DNA of 64,000 nt, taken from IMG/VR virus record IMGVR_UViG_3300013123_000002. One strand, written 5' to 3'. The notes below the pieces were generated by a model. That model did not search any database. It was given only the letters and a program-made list of their open reading frames with translations, and had not been told where the DNA came from. Positions 16,503 to 28,133 of the stretch are shown here, in pieces. Source of the stretch: an uncultured virus (IMG/VR IMGVR_UViG_3300013123_000002) (taxonomy: Duplodnaviria; Heunggongvirae; Uroviricota; Caudoviricetes). A program made the translations under genes and the position numbers. Position 1 is the stretch's first letter; every line of letters starts with the position of its first letter.

Positions 16503-19500
16503 TAAATGTACTTAATTTTTAGCTTTGGTACCAAGCTGACTCCGGCACTTGCTTTTTTGAGCATAGAACCTACTACGATACCTGAATTAGAGTTATTTAT
16601 TTTAACCGTTTTGACTTCAACGTAACCGGCGTCGTCTAATTGGTCGTACGGTACGATGGCTATCGATATTGAATTATTGGCTATTGTCCTATCCTCTTTT
16701 TCGTAGAAATCTATATTATCCAATGAATAGAGTTTCAATAAGTTAGTCTTGCAGTACTGGTAAAGGTACTCGTCGAACGTTAGGTTTCCTAGAGAAACTT
16801 GATCCTCTGTTATCGGCTGGCCGAATTCGTCGGTAAAGAATTTTTTGAATTCTTCTCTCAGTTTCGTGCTTCCGTCCAATCCGTTTTCGGATAGAGCTTT
16901 TGCTACTGCTTGAGAAAAGTTGATCTTGAACCGTACTTCGTTCGTGTACACTGAGTATGCTAAGTCAACTAATTGGCCGTTTGCAGTTAAGTTCAAAAAG
17001 TCTGAATCTGGAATGTCGAATTGATCGTTTGTTAGCTCAACCGAATTGAAAGCTTCCACAACAAAACTCAACGGAACGTTGAGAAGTTTTGAAACGAAAG
17101 AATAGTCCTCAGTCACTCTTCTTGATCCAGGTATTTTTTCTCTAGCGCTCTTAGTTGTGTACGCATAGTGATAGTTGAAATCCCAACTACTGGATAAAAT
17201 GTCATAGGAATCAAAATCGACTGGCGATTCGTAGATCATAGGGTACAGGGGTTCGAACTTTTGAGAATTTTCAAAGTCCAATATGTTAAAGTCCGCGTAT
17301 TTTACGAACGAGAACTCCTGAATCTTAAAGAAATCGCTTATTTCTGGGTTTAGAAATACGTTTGCTCCGGAAAAATACATGTCTTCGAGATCAACGTTCT
17401 GTTTGAATCCTGAAACTGTTCTGTAAATTACGTCGTACTCACCGGAATAGCGGTTGATGTCGTAAGCGGTTGACGGTTCCTCTTCGTGAGTGAACCCACC
17501 GGTTAAAGATTTGCTGTCAGTTACAACAGACTCAGGTTTTGCAGCAACGATGGTCGTCTTTTGTATCTTGTCAGGATCCTCAACTCGAATAGAGATCTTC
17601 CTAGTCGGTAGAAGCTGTCCGTTCTGGTAACTTTCCCAAGAAACTAGTGATGAATTTCTTTCCAAAAGAAGTTTAAAGTTAGAGAACGATAAACTTTCAA
17701 ATAGGTTTGCAAAGTAATCCTTTCCGCCGAACAGTTGGAACTGTTGAGTATCGTTGAGCCAGTAGTTTGAACTTCCGGTCGGGAAGGTTAATGGGCTAAG
17801 AACGAAGTATGGTCCTGAGGAATTGGCATCGACCCTTACTTTTAGAACTATCGTGCTTTTACCGGCAGGTCTGTCCAGAGTCAGCAAGTTATCCGCTACT
17901 CGTAACAGAGCATGAGTAGTTCTGCTAGGGTTTCCTAAGTCCAGTTCTGTCTGAAAACTATCATCGGCAAAGGTCACGTCGGTGTTCAACAGAAAAGATA
18001 TTTCTCCCTGCTTGTCGATGAACATTAACGGGGAGAATGCCGGCATCGGCGGTTCGATAGGAGGAGATACTTCAGGTAAGTCCTTTAACGGATTAGTCAG
18101 AGTATCATGAGACCCGCTGATCGGATTTATGAAATCCTCAAGCTTAAAATCTGCTACTGGAAAACCGCCCAGCGCTTTTGCATCCAGAAAATAGTTAGTA
18201 GAAGTAGCAACCGATCCGGAACTGCTCAAATCTAATCCTAACCCGAGTTTTACTGCTGAGTAAGCGTTCTTCGTTGCATTGTACTTTTTATCCTTCACCG
18301 AATACAGGAAATTGTAAGTTAGATTAGAAACTCCATTTTCGTTAAAAGACACACGGTAATCTCCAAAGACTGATAAAAATCCTGGAAGAACCTTACTAAC
18401 TGATAGGTGGCCTGACGGCATCAACAAGCTTACGCTCAGATAGCTTCCCGCTTGGTCCTCAATTATTCTAAATTGTGCGGCTTCTGTTTCAAGGTAACCG
18501 ATCTTCGGCTTACTGATTTTTAAGTACTGTGTTATTCCGATGGGCGCAGCTAAGTTAATCGCACCGCTTTGAAAATTTCCCTGTGCTGCTTGACTAAATA
18601 AATCAGTCTGTTCAAACGAAACTACGTATTGCTTCGTATTGTCTGTTCCCTTTCTTATCAGCCAGGTTTCGTTAGCTTTTGGAATTCCGCCGTAGACCCA
18701 AGCATTATCAACCGTTCGTTCAACTCGACCTAGTTTAAACGAATCGTTTGAAAAGCTAGGATAATTTGACGAAATGATAGAGTCGAAAACTTCGTCTCCT
18801 ATCACTGAATTTTCCGTCGTGTACGTGTAATCGACCAAGTAGTTGGTAGCGAAAGGATCCTTTATGATTCCGTCTGCATCCATGAACGTAATTAGCTGGT
18901 CTATTCTCTTGTCAGGGAATTTGTATATCCACGGTTCGCTTGTGCTAGTGATTATGTCTGGCAATAGTTGAGAGTTAACGTTTGCTACTGAACCAATCGG
19001 CATTTCGATGAGAATTACTATCGATTTTGCATCAACGTTTTCAATCACTCGGTACTTTATTAGATCCTGTGATTCGAAGATTCGTTCTTTGATAGGTTTC
19101 AGTAGAATGCTAAAGTTGTAATCCTCGAATCGTTTGGTTGACACGAGAGTGCTTCCATCTTCCGCCAATTCAGAAAATGTGAATTTTGCGCCGTTGAAAA
19201 CGGTTGAAAATTGGTTTGAAAATTGATCGCGGTAAAGTTTAGAATACCTAAACTGTGGGCGGTCTATTTCTCTGTCATTTAGTTTTGGAATGTAAGTAAA
19301 GTACCGTTCAAAGTAAGTAGAATCGGCTATCATTTCTAACGCAGAAAATGGCTGATCGAAGTAAAAGAAATTTTTCTTCATCAAATCCTCCGCTTGTGTG
19401 TAGTTGAAATCAGATTCGATGTAGAACCATTCGTGAGTTAACTTTTCTGGAGTAGGGTAAGTTTCGTTGTGCGACGGCCCAAAGTTATCCTTTCCGAACA

Positions 19501-22282
19501 TGATGTCGGAATTCAAACGGTAAGGATTTCCCCTAGCATCTGTCGAATCAATGATCCCCCATTTGGAAACGTACGGAATGACCCGGCCGTCTGTTGCAAA
19601 TTCCTTGTCAAAATTTTCCAAGTAAACGTGATACTCACTCTTAAGGTTGTTCGTCTTGTACTTTTCTCTGTATTCATACGTTGGGGCTTTAGGGTCCGGT
19701 GCACTGTGATCAGCTCCGAACGAGAAAAAGCCTTTAAATGTGGTCATGTTATCCGATTCATCCTTTATTGGGATATCGTGTCTTTGAATTAGTGCCTGAT
19801 TTTCAGGAAGCTTTTTCGACTGAACTAGAACCGCATCTCCGCTAACTACTTCGTACGATTGTAGTTTTTCAACGTTCTGCCAAACCGTTGGGTCAGGGTC
19901 AGCGGTTGAGTATTCCTGATTGTTTATTTTTACCTTTCCGTTTCCAACCACCTCGTACGCGTACTTAGTGAAATCCAAAAGTTCAGTTTCCTTAGGAACG
20001 TAATAGTTCTGGTAGAAGTCTATTTCTGGAATTTTAGTGTACTGGGAAGAGTAAGTGTAAAAGTCCATGTCCTTTATCTCGAAAAGTGATAGAACACCTA
20101 TTACCGGTTTGAATATTTTACGAATTTCTAGACGATCGTACACAACGTCGATCGGTTCGTTGTCCTTCAACATCAGCGCTGCATTTTGTAAGAACTTTAA
20201 CACAGCTTCTTCCGTTAAGGAATCGACTTCATCGATTGACACCGCTGAATTGCAAACTCTAAGGATCTTTGACCAATCCTTTTCTGTCTTTACAACAATA
20301 TCGTCCAAGATAGGCATCAGCCTAGCTACGTTTCCGATAGGGATGACTGCTTGCTTTGTGTTTAGAAAACCGCCATCTGCGAATACTACTTCGTTCGTGT
20401 GAACTCCGTTTACTTTGACTCTCTGACTAAAGTCCCCTATTGCTTTTATTGCTAGCTGTTTGTAATTATTGCCAGCAGTCATCACTTGAGCAAAGAAAGT
20501 CTTTTCAAAACTCTTACCTGTGATGAAGGAATGATTCAAATTCGTTAGAACTTCAACGACGGTTGACGCTAGCTTGTTTAAGTCAGTGTACCGATTTCCG
20601 TTTATGTTCGCGTTATCCAAATTTATGAATATCCTCGAACCTACAGCTTCCTGTGAATAAGAGATGTCGTCCCAGATCCAATTGGTACCATCAACCGACG
20701 ATTTGTACTGCACGCCTATCACCTCTGGTGTGTTTGGGGTGAATACTGTCGGTACTGTGTTAGGATTAGTTGAGTTAAAGAGCACAGTTTCTGAGGTAGG
20801 GTACGAAATTACGTAATCTTCATCATTTGGAAACACCAGATCGTAAGCAAAATCACCATTGTCATTGTGAACGAAAACCAAGTCATCGTACTTTCCGTAA
20901 TCGTCACGGTTGTCGTACGTTGAGCCATTTGCATGATACACTCTTAGCGTATCTAGGTGCTGTAAGTCTTCTGTGAACTCTATGGCAACTGTAGATCTTG
21001 TGTTTAGCGATGAACTCTTAGCCGTTTCCTGAGAAAGTAATTCTCCTGGACCAAAGAGCAGACCAATGTCCACTCGGCTATCGGTTACCGTGAATTTTAT
21101 GCGATTATTCGCCTGTTCCATCGATTGAACCTTTGGAAACACCAGCGAATTGTCTTTTATCTTGAGGTACGGGAAGAACATGCTGTTCTCTCCGGTCATT
21201 GCTCTGTCGAACGCTGTTAAATCTGCTTCAACTCCAATTCCGCGAAGAACTACTCCGTTTGAGTTAGTAATATTCACCGAAACTTCGTCTTCCTCCCTAA
21301 ACCTAAATGGCAGTTGATTATCGTTATCCTCTTCGTTTTCGTACATGCTTTCAAGGTCAGTCCTAAATGCTGTTAGATCTATTAAGTTGCAGTAAAAGCC
21401 GATGTACCGGTTAAATGTGTAAGGATCAGAGTCGTCATCATCAAATAGAAATTCCAAGTTTATTATTCGCGGGTACACGATGTTGTTTCTTTCAAAACCT
21501 TCAGTTATGTACTTTTCTAATTTAATCTGAGGTATTGATTTTCTCAAAGTTGATGACAGTAACTCTGGAATTTCAACGTATGTGCCAGCTCCAATGGAAG
21601 ATCCACGGTAAACCGAGTAACGATCATCCTTGAAGTTTACGTACAGAGGGTTTCTTGGGTACATAGGATTTTTCAAAATGTTCCGTATGTACGTTCCAAC
21701 TTTGCTAGTTTCAGTCAAGCAGATGTTCTTTACTACGCTTGCATTTCTAAATAGATCAAGAGCGAACTGAGTTCTGGTGAAATTGGGGTCAGCAATTTTC
21801 TGTTTCCACTCGCCTACTGTGTAATTGGAAGCAGCTGGAATCTTTAAGATCACAAAACACTCTGGGATGACTGTGTCCAAGTAAAGAGGAGCAAAGTAAC
21901 TGAATTTTTCGTGATAATTTTTGGAAGAAAGGTACTTTGCGCCGCTCGAGTAAAGATCAAAATCGAATTGATCCTTTAACTCTTTTGCCACCGTGCCTAC
22001 TGTGATAGTTGAACCTACTGCGAACGATATCTGAGTAGGAGTTTTTCCGCCATCGTAGAATTTGAAGACGTTTACCTCATGACTTGAATTTTCGTCTATT
22101 GCAAAATTCTTGTACTTACTCTGAGCAAGCTCAGGAGTTGCGTCTATTGAATTGAACCATAGGTTGCCGTCAGAGTCAACGGTCAGCTTGAGGTTTGAAG
22201 TCAGCTTTGGGTTGGTCCGTAAAACGCCGAAACTAACTCCTTTGTCCGTTAGTTTGGTGTATGCAGGAGTCAGGTTGTGCAA
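16502..22282 (-). CDS. Large putative virion (baseplate/tail) protein, 1926 aa, TTG start
   Basis: Uninterrupted ORF in the late module; its stop overlaps the ATG of the next gene. Function not recognisable. Confidence 0.6.
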   Translation of the reverse strand: MHNLTPAYTKLTDKGVSFGVLRTNPKLTSNLKLTVDSDGNLWFNSIDATPELAQSKYKNFAIDENSSHEVNVFKFYDGGKTPTQISFAVGSTITVGTVAKELKDQFDFDLYSSGAKYLSSKNYHEKFSYFAPLYLDTVIPECFVILKIPAASNYTVGEWKQKIADPNFTRTQFALDLFRNASVVKNICLTETSKVGTYIRNILKNPMYPRNPLYVNFKDDRYSVYRGSSIGAGTYVEIPELLSSTLRKSIPQIKLEKYITEGFERNNIVYPRIINLEFLFDDDDSDPYTFNRYIGFYCNLIDLTAFRTDLESMYENEEDNDNQLPFRFREEDEVSVNITNSNGVVLRGIGVEADLTAFDRAMTGENSMFFPYLKIKDNSLVFPKVQSMEQANNRIKFTVTDSRVDIGLLFGPGELLSQETAKSSSLNTRSTVAIEFTEDLQHLDTLRVYHANGSTYDNRDDYGKYDDLVFVHNDNGDFAYDLVFPNDEDYVISYPTSETVLFNSTNPNTVPTVFTPNTPEVIGVQYKSSVDGTNWIWDDISYSQEAVGSRIFINLDNANINGNRYTDLNKLASTVVEVLTNLNHSFITGKSFEKTFFAQVMTAGNNYKQLAIKAIGDFSQRVKVNGVHTNEVVFADGGFLNTKQAVIPIGNVARLMPILDDIVVKTEKDWSKILRVCNSAVSIDEVDSLTEEAVLKFLQNAALMLKDNEPIDVVYDRLEIRKIFKPVIGVLSLFEIKDMDFYTYSSQYTKIPEIDFYQNYYVPKETELLDFTKYAYEVVGNGKVKINNQEYSTADPDPTVWQNVEKLQSYEVVSGDAVLVQSKKLPENQALIQRHDIPIKDESDNMTTFKGFFSFGADHSAPDPKAPTYEYREKYKTNNLKSEYHVYLENFDKEFATDGRVIPYVSKWGIIDSTDARGNPYRLNSDIMFGKDNFGPSHNETYPTPEKLTHEWFYIESDFNYTQAEDLMKKNFFYFDQPFSALEMIADSTYFERYFTYIPKLNDREIDRPQFRYSKLYRDQFSNQFSTVFNGAKFTFSELAEDGSTLVSTKRFEDYNFSILLKPIKERIFESQDLIKYRVIENVDAKSIVILIEMPIGSVANVNSQLLPDIITSTSEPWIYKFPDKRIDQLITFMDADGIIKDPFATNYLVDYTYTTENSVIGDEVFDSIISSNYPSFSNDSFKLGRVERTVDNAWVYGGIPKANETWLIRKGTDNTKQYVVSFEQTDLFSQAAQGNFQSGAINLAAPIGITQYLKISKPKIGYLETEAAQFRIIEDQAGSYLSVSLLMPSGHLSVSKVLPGFLSVFGDYRVSFNENGVSNLTYNFLYSVKDKKYNATKNAYSAVKLGLGLDLSSSGSVATSTNYFLDAKALGGFPVADFKLEDFINPISGSHDTLTNPLKDLPEVSPPIEPPMPAFSPLMFIDKQGEISFLLNTDVTFADDSFQTELDLGNPSRTTHALLRVADNLLTLDRPAGKSTIVLKVRVDANSSGPYFVLSPLTFPTGSSNYWLNDTQQFQLFGGKDYFANLFESLSFSNFKLLLERNSSLVSWESYQNGQLLPTRKISIRVEDPDKIQKTTIVAAKPESVVTDSKSLTGGFTHEEEPSTAYDINRYSGEYDVIYRTVSGFKQNVDLEDMYFSGANVFLNPEISDFFKIQEFSFVKYADFNILDFENSQKFEPLYPMIYESPVDFDSYDILSSSWDFNYHYAYTTKSAREKIPGSRRVTEDYSFVSKLLNVPLSFVVEAFNSVELTNDQFDIPDSDFLNLTANGQLVDLAYSVYTNEVRFKINFSQAVAKALSENGLDGSTKLREEFKKFFTDEFGQPITEDQVSLGNLTFDEYLYQYCKTNLLKLYSLDNIDFYEKEDRTIANNSISIAIVPYDQLDDAGYVEVKTVKINNSNSGIVVGSMLKKASAGVSLVPKLKIKYI

Positions 22283-22297
22283 AGTTCACCGATTATT

Positions 22298-25200
22298 TTA
22301 GTCAGTCAGAGCGATCTGACTCATAGTTGCCGACTTAGTTATCGTGCTGGTCGGTGTGATGACTGACGTTTCTTTTTCGTACTGTGAGCTTACCACAACG
22401 TCGAACGAGAATGTATCGTCTTTCAACTTTATGTCAAATCCTATCTGTTTAGTATATTTAACATTCCTTAAACCGGCTGTCACATTTGCGCGGTAACCAC
22501 CGACGTACGTGAGGTAGTCTGAACACCTGTACTGGAACGTTAACGGAATCTTTAGAGCATTTGCTTCTCCGAATTCAACAGTTCTCTTTGACTGAGTTGG
22601 GCTGTACGCTGTAACCGCTACACTTTCGTGTGAAGTCGGTGAAAGGTACAGGTACGCTCCGCACGTGTATTTTCCTATTAAGTACTGATCGTTCGACGTA
22701 AATCCCTGTTTTAGTGGGTAATTGTACTCGTACGGGCTTGCTCCTGAAACGGTTGGCCTCTTGTATGCGGATTGAACAAAATTCTTTGCTCCAAATGGAT
22801 CGGTCGATTCTTCCTCAGACGTTTCAACGTGAATTGCTTGGCTGAACGGTAGTGTCGTTTGAGTATCGGTTATGCTAGGCCTGTATATCGAACCCCAAGC
22901 ATTGTTGTACTTTCCACCAGGTTTTATGTCTGGATGATCGACTGAGATGCAGAATTCTGATAGAAGACCTCCTCCTACCGGAACACCTGAGCTTAGAGAA
23001 CCGTTCCAAACGCCGGAATTAGTTGACATTGAATACGAAACGTTCTTCACCTTTATGCTGAGAGAAGAAAGTGTCGGATCGTATGGCAGGTAATGACCAG
23101 CTGTGTACGGAACTTTAGTGTTAGTTCCGCTAAGCTCTAGTCCTTGGTAATTGTAGGTGTTAATGTCAAAGCTCGAAGAATAAGCACTCGCTGCCTCGTT
23201 GATCTTTCCACCTACTTCATCTCCAGCCACTAGTTCTTCGCTCAAGTTTAGAGACATTGCTCTACGGTACAGAACTTGGCCCTTTACCTGAGACGATTGG
23301 TAACCATCCATTTGTTTCAAACCGGCTGGCGTACCTGAAGTAGACGTGTTTATGGTCAACGGACACAGATCGTAACGTAAATTCGTGTGGTACCCATCGT
23401 CATCGAACAGAACAGGATTGGACGGAGTAGCTGCTTGACCAGTTGCACCGTTTAACGAAGCTATAAGCTGCAACGGGGTTTGCGAAGTATTTTCCAGTTG
23501 AATTAAGTACTGGTTGGTTATGATCTTTCCGTGATCGTACGTTGTGATGTTTCCGCTTACCTTCTTGATCTGATCTTTGTAGTAACCGGAGAATATTTGA
23601 ATAGTCTGACCGTTGTTAACTGTTATAGCATTTCCTTCTTGGTCGATGAGACTGACTTTCAACTGACCGGCACCGCTAGCCATTGATGCTTGGATCGAAC
23701 TGAGAGTATCACTTATCTGCTTTACTTTTGTGTAAAGGTCCACGATGCTGCCATCCGTTGCAAAGAACCCACTGGCAACGTCTTCTGCTTTGTGAGCAAA
23801 GTACTTATCCCTGCTAGTAAATGCTGTTGACAAGTGAATGTCAAGGCCCTTTGCATCCAAATCGCTCTGGAAATTGATCTTTGCTTCCTCAGCGAAAGCC
23901 TGCTGTGAGATAACCGAAATATCCTCTATCGTCTGCATGCTTGCCGGAAATTCAACTAGCACGCTGTTAGACCAATCAGATTCGACCGGATTGTCAGGCC
24001 AACCTGCTTCTGAGAGAGTTTTAACTCGAATTTCTATGACTTCTCCCTTATTGATAGGAATTTCAACCTGGTTGCAATTAACGACGTTTGGGTCAGCTAC
24101 GTTTTCATCTTCCCACTCGTAAAATCCAGTGGAAGCATTGTATTTCTTAACTCTGGCTTTTCCTAGAGATTCTTTCCATGGAGAGAATGCGCCAGTTATC
24201 TTGTTTCCCTTTGCATCAGTGAATGTTATCTGTTCAGCAGTTTCGCTTGTTCCGGTTTTGCTTAAAACTCGGTAAGCTATCTTAAACTGAGCAGCATTCT
24301 GCATTCCATAAGTAGTTTCCTTAGGTTCAGGAATGTGCCACATTCCTTTGATGTGATAGGTTGGTGCTTTTATCAGAATAGGCGCTCCCTTTACGGCAGT
24401 GGTAACTGATGAGATCTTGCTAGCCTGGGCCGTGCTCAAAGTTTGTCGAGTATCGGTTAGCGTTTTTAAGTCCTTATTAAGTTTTAGTTGCTGAGCATCT
24501 GTAAGAGCTGCATTTGTGTTTAGTTGAGCTCTCTTGTCACTCAACTGCTTATCGATTTCGCTAATCTGCGACTTGGTTGCCTCAATCGAAGCAATGTTCT
24601 GCTTTACTGCTTGAATATCGTTAGCTGACTGAATGTGAGCATCAACCTGAACGACTCTAAAGTGTTCAGCTGATAACACAGCGGCATTTGGAGTTTCTCC
24701 AAGCGATTTTGGAACCTTCTTTTCCTTTGAGTAATTGAGGAACATCAAGCTAAAATCAGCAACGTACTGATTGTAAAAATCAGCTAATGCCATAGTAGAC
24801 CCAGTGTTAAGCGTGATGGTTAGTTCGTTAGTGAACAGACCAAACCCTTGTGAGTAATTCTGGGTTGTGACTTTCAGCCTGGAGCTCATAGGTCTTAAGA
24901 ATATTACCTGACGTTCGTTGTAACCAACGTTTACTGGGACAGTCTTGGTGATTTCAAGCTGGGGTTTTATCTGAAGTTTTGCTGCGCCCGCAGTAAGTTC
25001 GCCCAAACCGAACATGCGGTTAAGAACAACGCTTCTCTGTTTGGTGTCAACCGCTGTAACCTCATATTCGGAGTTGTCCGGTGTGATAAGAACGTCACCT
25101 ACTACCAGAGTTCTCTGAACTACACTAGTCGGTGAAGTCGTAGCTTTTTCCATGTAACGCAAAGTATTCAGAACGTACTTGCTAACCGTCACAGTTTGAG

Positions 25201-25909
25201 TTTCATCAAGAACTACCTTTGCTTCAGCATCACTGAGTATGCTGAGTATGTCAAACGTTCCAGAAACTTTGTTCTGTGAAGGTGGTACCGCTGATTCGTT
25301 AGTGTCTTCGAAGTAAGAAATACCTCTAGCACTCAGATCGTTTATCAGAGTGGTGTAATTTATGTCGTTTCTTCCCTTGTAAGTAGAATCGAAGTAATTT
25401 AGATCTGCTTGAACCACAGATGTTACAATAACGCGACCTACTTCGAATCGGTCAATGTCATTAGATACGGCTATTGTATCGACAGGAATGTCCACGTACA
25501 GAAGAGGGTTTAAGAATGATTCGAAGAACCAATTTGCTTTGTAATTGAAAGTTGTCGGAGCTTGAACTGTCTTGCTGGAAACTGCATCCATCGTGTTAAC
25601 TACGGTGGACACGTCCTGCAATTCGAACGATTTTACGTTTCCGTTCTCGTCTATCACACCAACTCTATTGGCATTGCCGGTTAGAAGAGAATTAAACTTA
25701 GCATCCAAAGAATTAACCTTGTTCGATAAGTAAGCAAACGAAGGAACAACAAAAGCCTTGCTGGTTCCATCCTGCAATTTTTGGTTGACTGTTACTGAGT
25801 CGGAACTGGTGCTCAACATCATGGAGAGTTTAGTCAAAAACTCTTGCAGGTTGTAGATGTCTACACCAAGTTCGGCTAGGTAATCTGATAGCGAGTTCTT
25901 ATCGGCCAT
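22298..25909 (-). CDS. Putative virion structural protein with a coiled coil and an FN3-like segment (1203 aa)
   Basis: Heptad-rich central region and an FN3-like ending IEIRVKTLSEAGWPDNPVESDWS; operon context. Confidence 0.55.
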   Translation of the reverse strand: MADKNSLSDYLAELGVDIYNLQEFLTKLSMMLSTSSDSVTVNQKLQDGTSKAFVVPSFAYLSNKVNSLDAKFNSLLTGNANRVGVIDENGNVKSFELQDVSTVVNTMDAVSSKTVQAPTTFNYKANWFFESFLNPLLYVDIPVDTIAVSNDIDRFEVGRVIVTSVVQADLNYFDSTYKGRNDINYTTLINDLSARGISYFEDTNESAVPPSQNKVSGTFDILSILSDAEAKVVLDETQTVTVSKYVLNTLRYMEKATTSPTSVVQRTLVVGDVLITPDNSEYEVTAVDTKQRSVVLNRMFGLGELTAGAAKLQIKPQLEITKTVPVNVGYNERQVIFLRPMSSRLKVTTQNYSQGFGLFTNELTITLNTGSTMALADFYNQYVADFSLMFLNYSKEKKVPKSLGETPNAAVLSAEHFRVVQVDAHIQSANDIQAVKQNIASIEATKSQISEIDKQLSDKRAQLNTNAALTDAQQLKLNKDLKTLTDTRQTLSTAQASKISSVTTAVKGAPILIKAPTYHIKGMWHIPEPKETTYGMQNAAQFKIAYRVLSKTGTSETAEQITFTDAKGNKITGAFSPWKESLGKARVKKYNASTGFYEWEDENVADPNVVNCNQVEIPINKGEVIEIRVKTLSEAGWPDNPVESDWSNSVLVEFPASMQTIEDISVISQQAFAEEAKINFQSDLDAKGLDIHLSTAFTSRDKYFAHKAEDVASGFFATDGSIVDLYTKVKQISDTLSSIQASMASGAGQLKVSLIDQEGNAITVNNGQTIQIFSGYYKDQIKKVSGNITTYDHGKIITNQYLIQLENTSQTPLQLIASLNGATGQAATPSNPVLFDDDGYHTNLRYDLCPLTINTSTSGTPAGLKQMDGYQSSQVKGQVLYRRAMSLNLSEELVAGDEVGGKINEAASAYSSSFDINTYNYQGLELSGTNTKVPYTAGHYLPYDPTLSSLSIKVKNVSYSMSTNSGVWNGSLSSGVPVGGGLLSEFCISVDHPDIKPGGKYNNAWGSIYRPSITDTQTTLPFSQAIHVETSEEESTDPFGAKNFVQSAYKRPTVSGASPYEYNYPLKQGFTSNDQYLIGKYTCGAYLYLSPTSHESVAVTAYSPTQSKRTVEFGEANALKIPLTFQYRCSDYLTYVGGYRANVTAGLRNVKYTKQIGFDIKLKDDTFSFDVVVSSQYEKETSVITPTSTITKSATMSQIALTD

Positions 25910-25914
25910 GTCAA

Positions 25915-28122
25915 TTATCTTATTATTTTATCCACCTGGAATACCAAGTTTACGTGATCGGTGCAAGTCACTTCCACAATTGGCCGTCCTGTCCTTCCAT
26001 AATTGTCCGGAAAATCAGCGGACGTTAGAGTCGTTATGATCCTTCCGTACGGTTCAGCTTGGTTAGTCATGTTGCTAGCATCGGTCTTTACGTAAATGAC
26101 GAAATCGTCTGGAATTATCTGCGTGTCTATCACCAGCTTGAACACTTGTCCAGTTTTCCACTTAGTGACAGAATCGTTGATTCGTATCTCTAAATCTGAA
26201 GAAAGAGTCCAAGGAGATGGGTTCAAATTATTATTTGATATCGGTTTGTAGTGTTTTACGTAAGTGTTAGACACGCCCAAATCAAGAGAACAGACGTTTG
26301 CTACCGTTACGGCTGGGCTAGCCAAGTTTAACTGAGCAGACGATGAATACATCTGAGAATTATTCGTGATGGTCATCTGCCCGTTTACTGCTTTGTCCAG
26401 AGAAATTCCGTACCCGTTCTTAAACGGTGCTAAATCGTACGACATTAGGATGGAAGTTCGATTGTTGTAGAGATCGTCTAGCTGCTGGTTTAAGCTGTCT
26501 ATTAGAAGCATGATTGCATCGGTTTCGCTGAACGCTTCCGATGCAGCGGCAACCGTCGTTTCTAGTATTTCAACTCTCTTAGTGAGAGCGTCCAATCCCG
26601 AAGTGCTGATCATAGCTTGTTTAGCTGCATTCAGGTCATCGCTGAGCTGTTCGAGTTCAGCTATCTTATCGTTGTACGTGGTCTGCAAACTTCTCAGCTG
26701 GGTTAAAACGTCAAGGAATAGATCTAGGCCAAATGTTGAGTAATCGTTTATTGATTTTTCAACAGCAACGTCTTCGATTGAAGTATCGAATTTGATGTTT
26801 ATCTTGTGAGCAAATGCATTACCGTTGGTCCTATCGATAGCGTTAGGCTTTTCTTTTAGGATCATTGGTATCTCGTACTCGATGCCGGATTGCTCTACCT
26901 TGTTTAGGAAGTAAATTCCGTAAAGGTTTGTAACACTAGTAGGTTCGTTATTATCTTCTAACGGAACTGGATCGTACACGTCGTAGTACACTAAGATCGC
27001 GTTGAATTCGAAATCGTAGTTGTACACGGAGTCAGCTAGTTGAGCTAAACTCTTTATCGTTGGATCATCCGCAGCTACCGTGTAATGAGATAGGTCGAAA
27101 TCGATTACCATACCGTCGTGAGTAGACCTTAGGTATTCAACTGTTCTAGTGTTTCCGCCGCCGTCAGTGTACGTCTTGTAAATCTTTTGGACCTTTGGAG
27201 TGGACGAAGGAACCCCGTACGGTGTTCCAAAGTACGCTGCTTGGTCCGTGTGATACATGTTGTTCGTAGAATTAGCTCCCCACCAATAACTTGGGCTGAT
27301 AAGGTTCCAATCGATTACTGTGTTTAACGTGTCAGTTGATTTTTGCGTGCTTAAACCTGAATCTAGGTCAAAAAACGCGTACAAATTCATTCCGGCGTAC
27401 GGGTGAGTATCGTCGTGATGACGTCCGTTCAAAAATTCAACGTCCAGCGGATCACCGGGAGCATTGAGTATCAACATTCCTGGGTTGTAGTTCTCGTCGG
27501 GTACTGAATTGAACAGAACGGTCGGCGAAGTTCCAACGTTCGTTGGAACGTTGATGTAAAGTTCGCTGTACGAATTATCCTGGTGTCTAACTGAGTTGAC
27601 AACATCAATGTCGCCGATGTACTTAACTACTCGGTTGTAAGTAGAAGAACTAGCATCGTACCAATCTTCTGCCCACCTTTTTTCTCCGACCGGTAGAGTG
27701 TTTATCACTTCTGTCGTGTTTGCTGCTCTCCAACGAATTGCGCTGAGTTCCTTCAACCACTTCCAGAAAACTCTTTCTGCAACGTTGAGTTTCTTTTCTC
27801 TCATGTAAGTTTCCTGAGATATGAGAAGACTTTCAAAATTCAGAGCGTAATTTTGAAAGCTTAGCGCCAAGTTGATGTTCTGGTTGGCACTTAATCCGTC
27901 TAGGATAGGAGTTTCTCCGACTGCCAGAAATTGAGTTCGGTTATCGGTGACGAGCGTCGATGGAATTCCTATTTCAGGAATGCGTAACAAGGCAAACTTG
28001 GAAAACCTGAACTTGTTCGTGTTATTGTTGAACGTTAAGTTTAGGTCCTCAAGCCCGCTCTGAAACGTGTAAAATATTCCCTTAGACGTTTGTATCGGTT
28101 TTATCAAAGGAGCAACTGCCAT
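25915..28122 (-). CDS. Putative virion structural protein with a coiled coil (735 aa)
   Basis: Long ORF in the late operon with the coiled coil LTQLRSLQTTYNDKIAELEQL. Confidence 0.55.
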   Translation of the reverse strand: MAVAPLIKPIQTSKGIFYTFQSGLEDLNLTFNNNTNKFRFSKFALLRIPEIGIPSTLVTDNRTQFLAVGETPILDGLSANQNINLALSFQNYALNFESLLISQETYMREKKLNVAERVFWKWLKELSAIRWRAANTTEVINTLPVGEKRWAEDWYDASSSTYNRVVKYIGDIDVVNSVRHQDNSYSELYINVPTNVGTSPTVLFNSVPDENYNPGMLILNAPGDPLDVEFLNGRHHDDTHPYAGMNLYAFFDLDSGLSTQKSTDTLNTVIDWNLISPSYWWGANSTNNMYHTDQAAYFGTPYGVPSSTPKVQKIYKTYTDGGGNTRTVEYLRSTHDGMVIDFDLSHYTVAADDPTIKSLAQLADSVYNYDFEFNAILVYYDVYDPVPLEDNNEPTSVTNLYGIYFLNKVEQSGIEYEIPMILKEKPNAIDRTNGNAFAHKINIKFDTSIEDVAVEKSINDYSTFGLDLFLDVLTQLRSLQTTYNDKIAELEQLSDDLNAAKQAMISTSGLDALTKRVEILETTVAAASEAFSETDAIMLLIDSLNQQLDDLYNNRTSILMSYDLAPFKNGYGISLDKAVNGQMTITNNSQMYSSSAQLNLASPAVTVANVCSLDLGVSNTYVKHYKPISNNNLNPSPWTLSSDLEIRINDSVTKWKTGQVFKLVIDTQIIPDDFVIYVKTDASNMTNQAEPYGRIITTLTSADFPDNYGRTGRPIVEVTCTDHVNLVFQVDKIIR

Positions 28123-28133
28123 CCGTTGTTAGA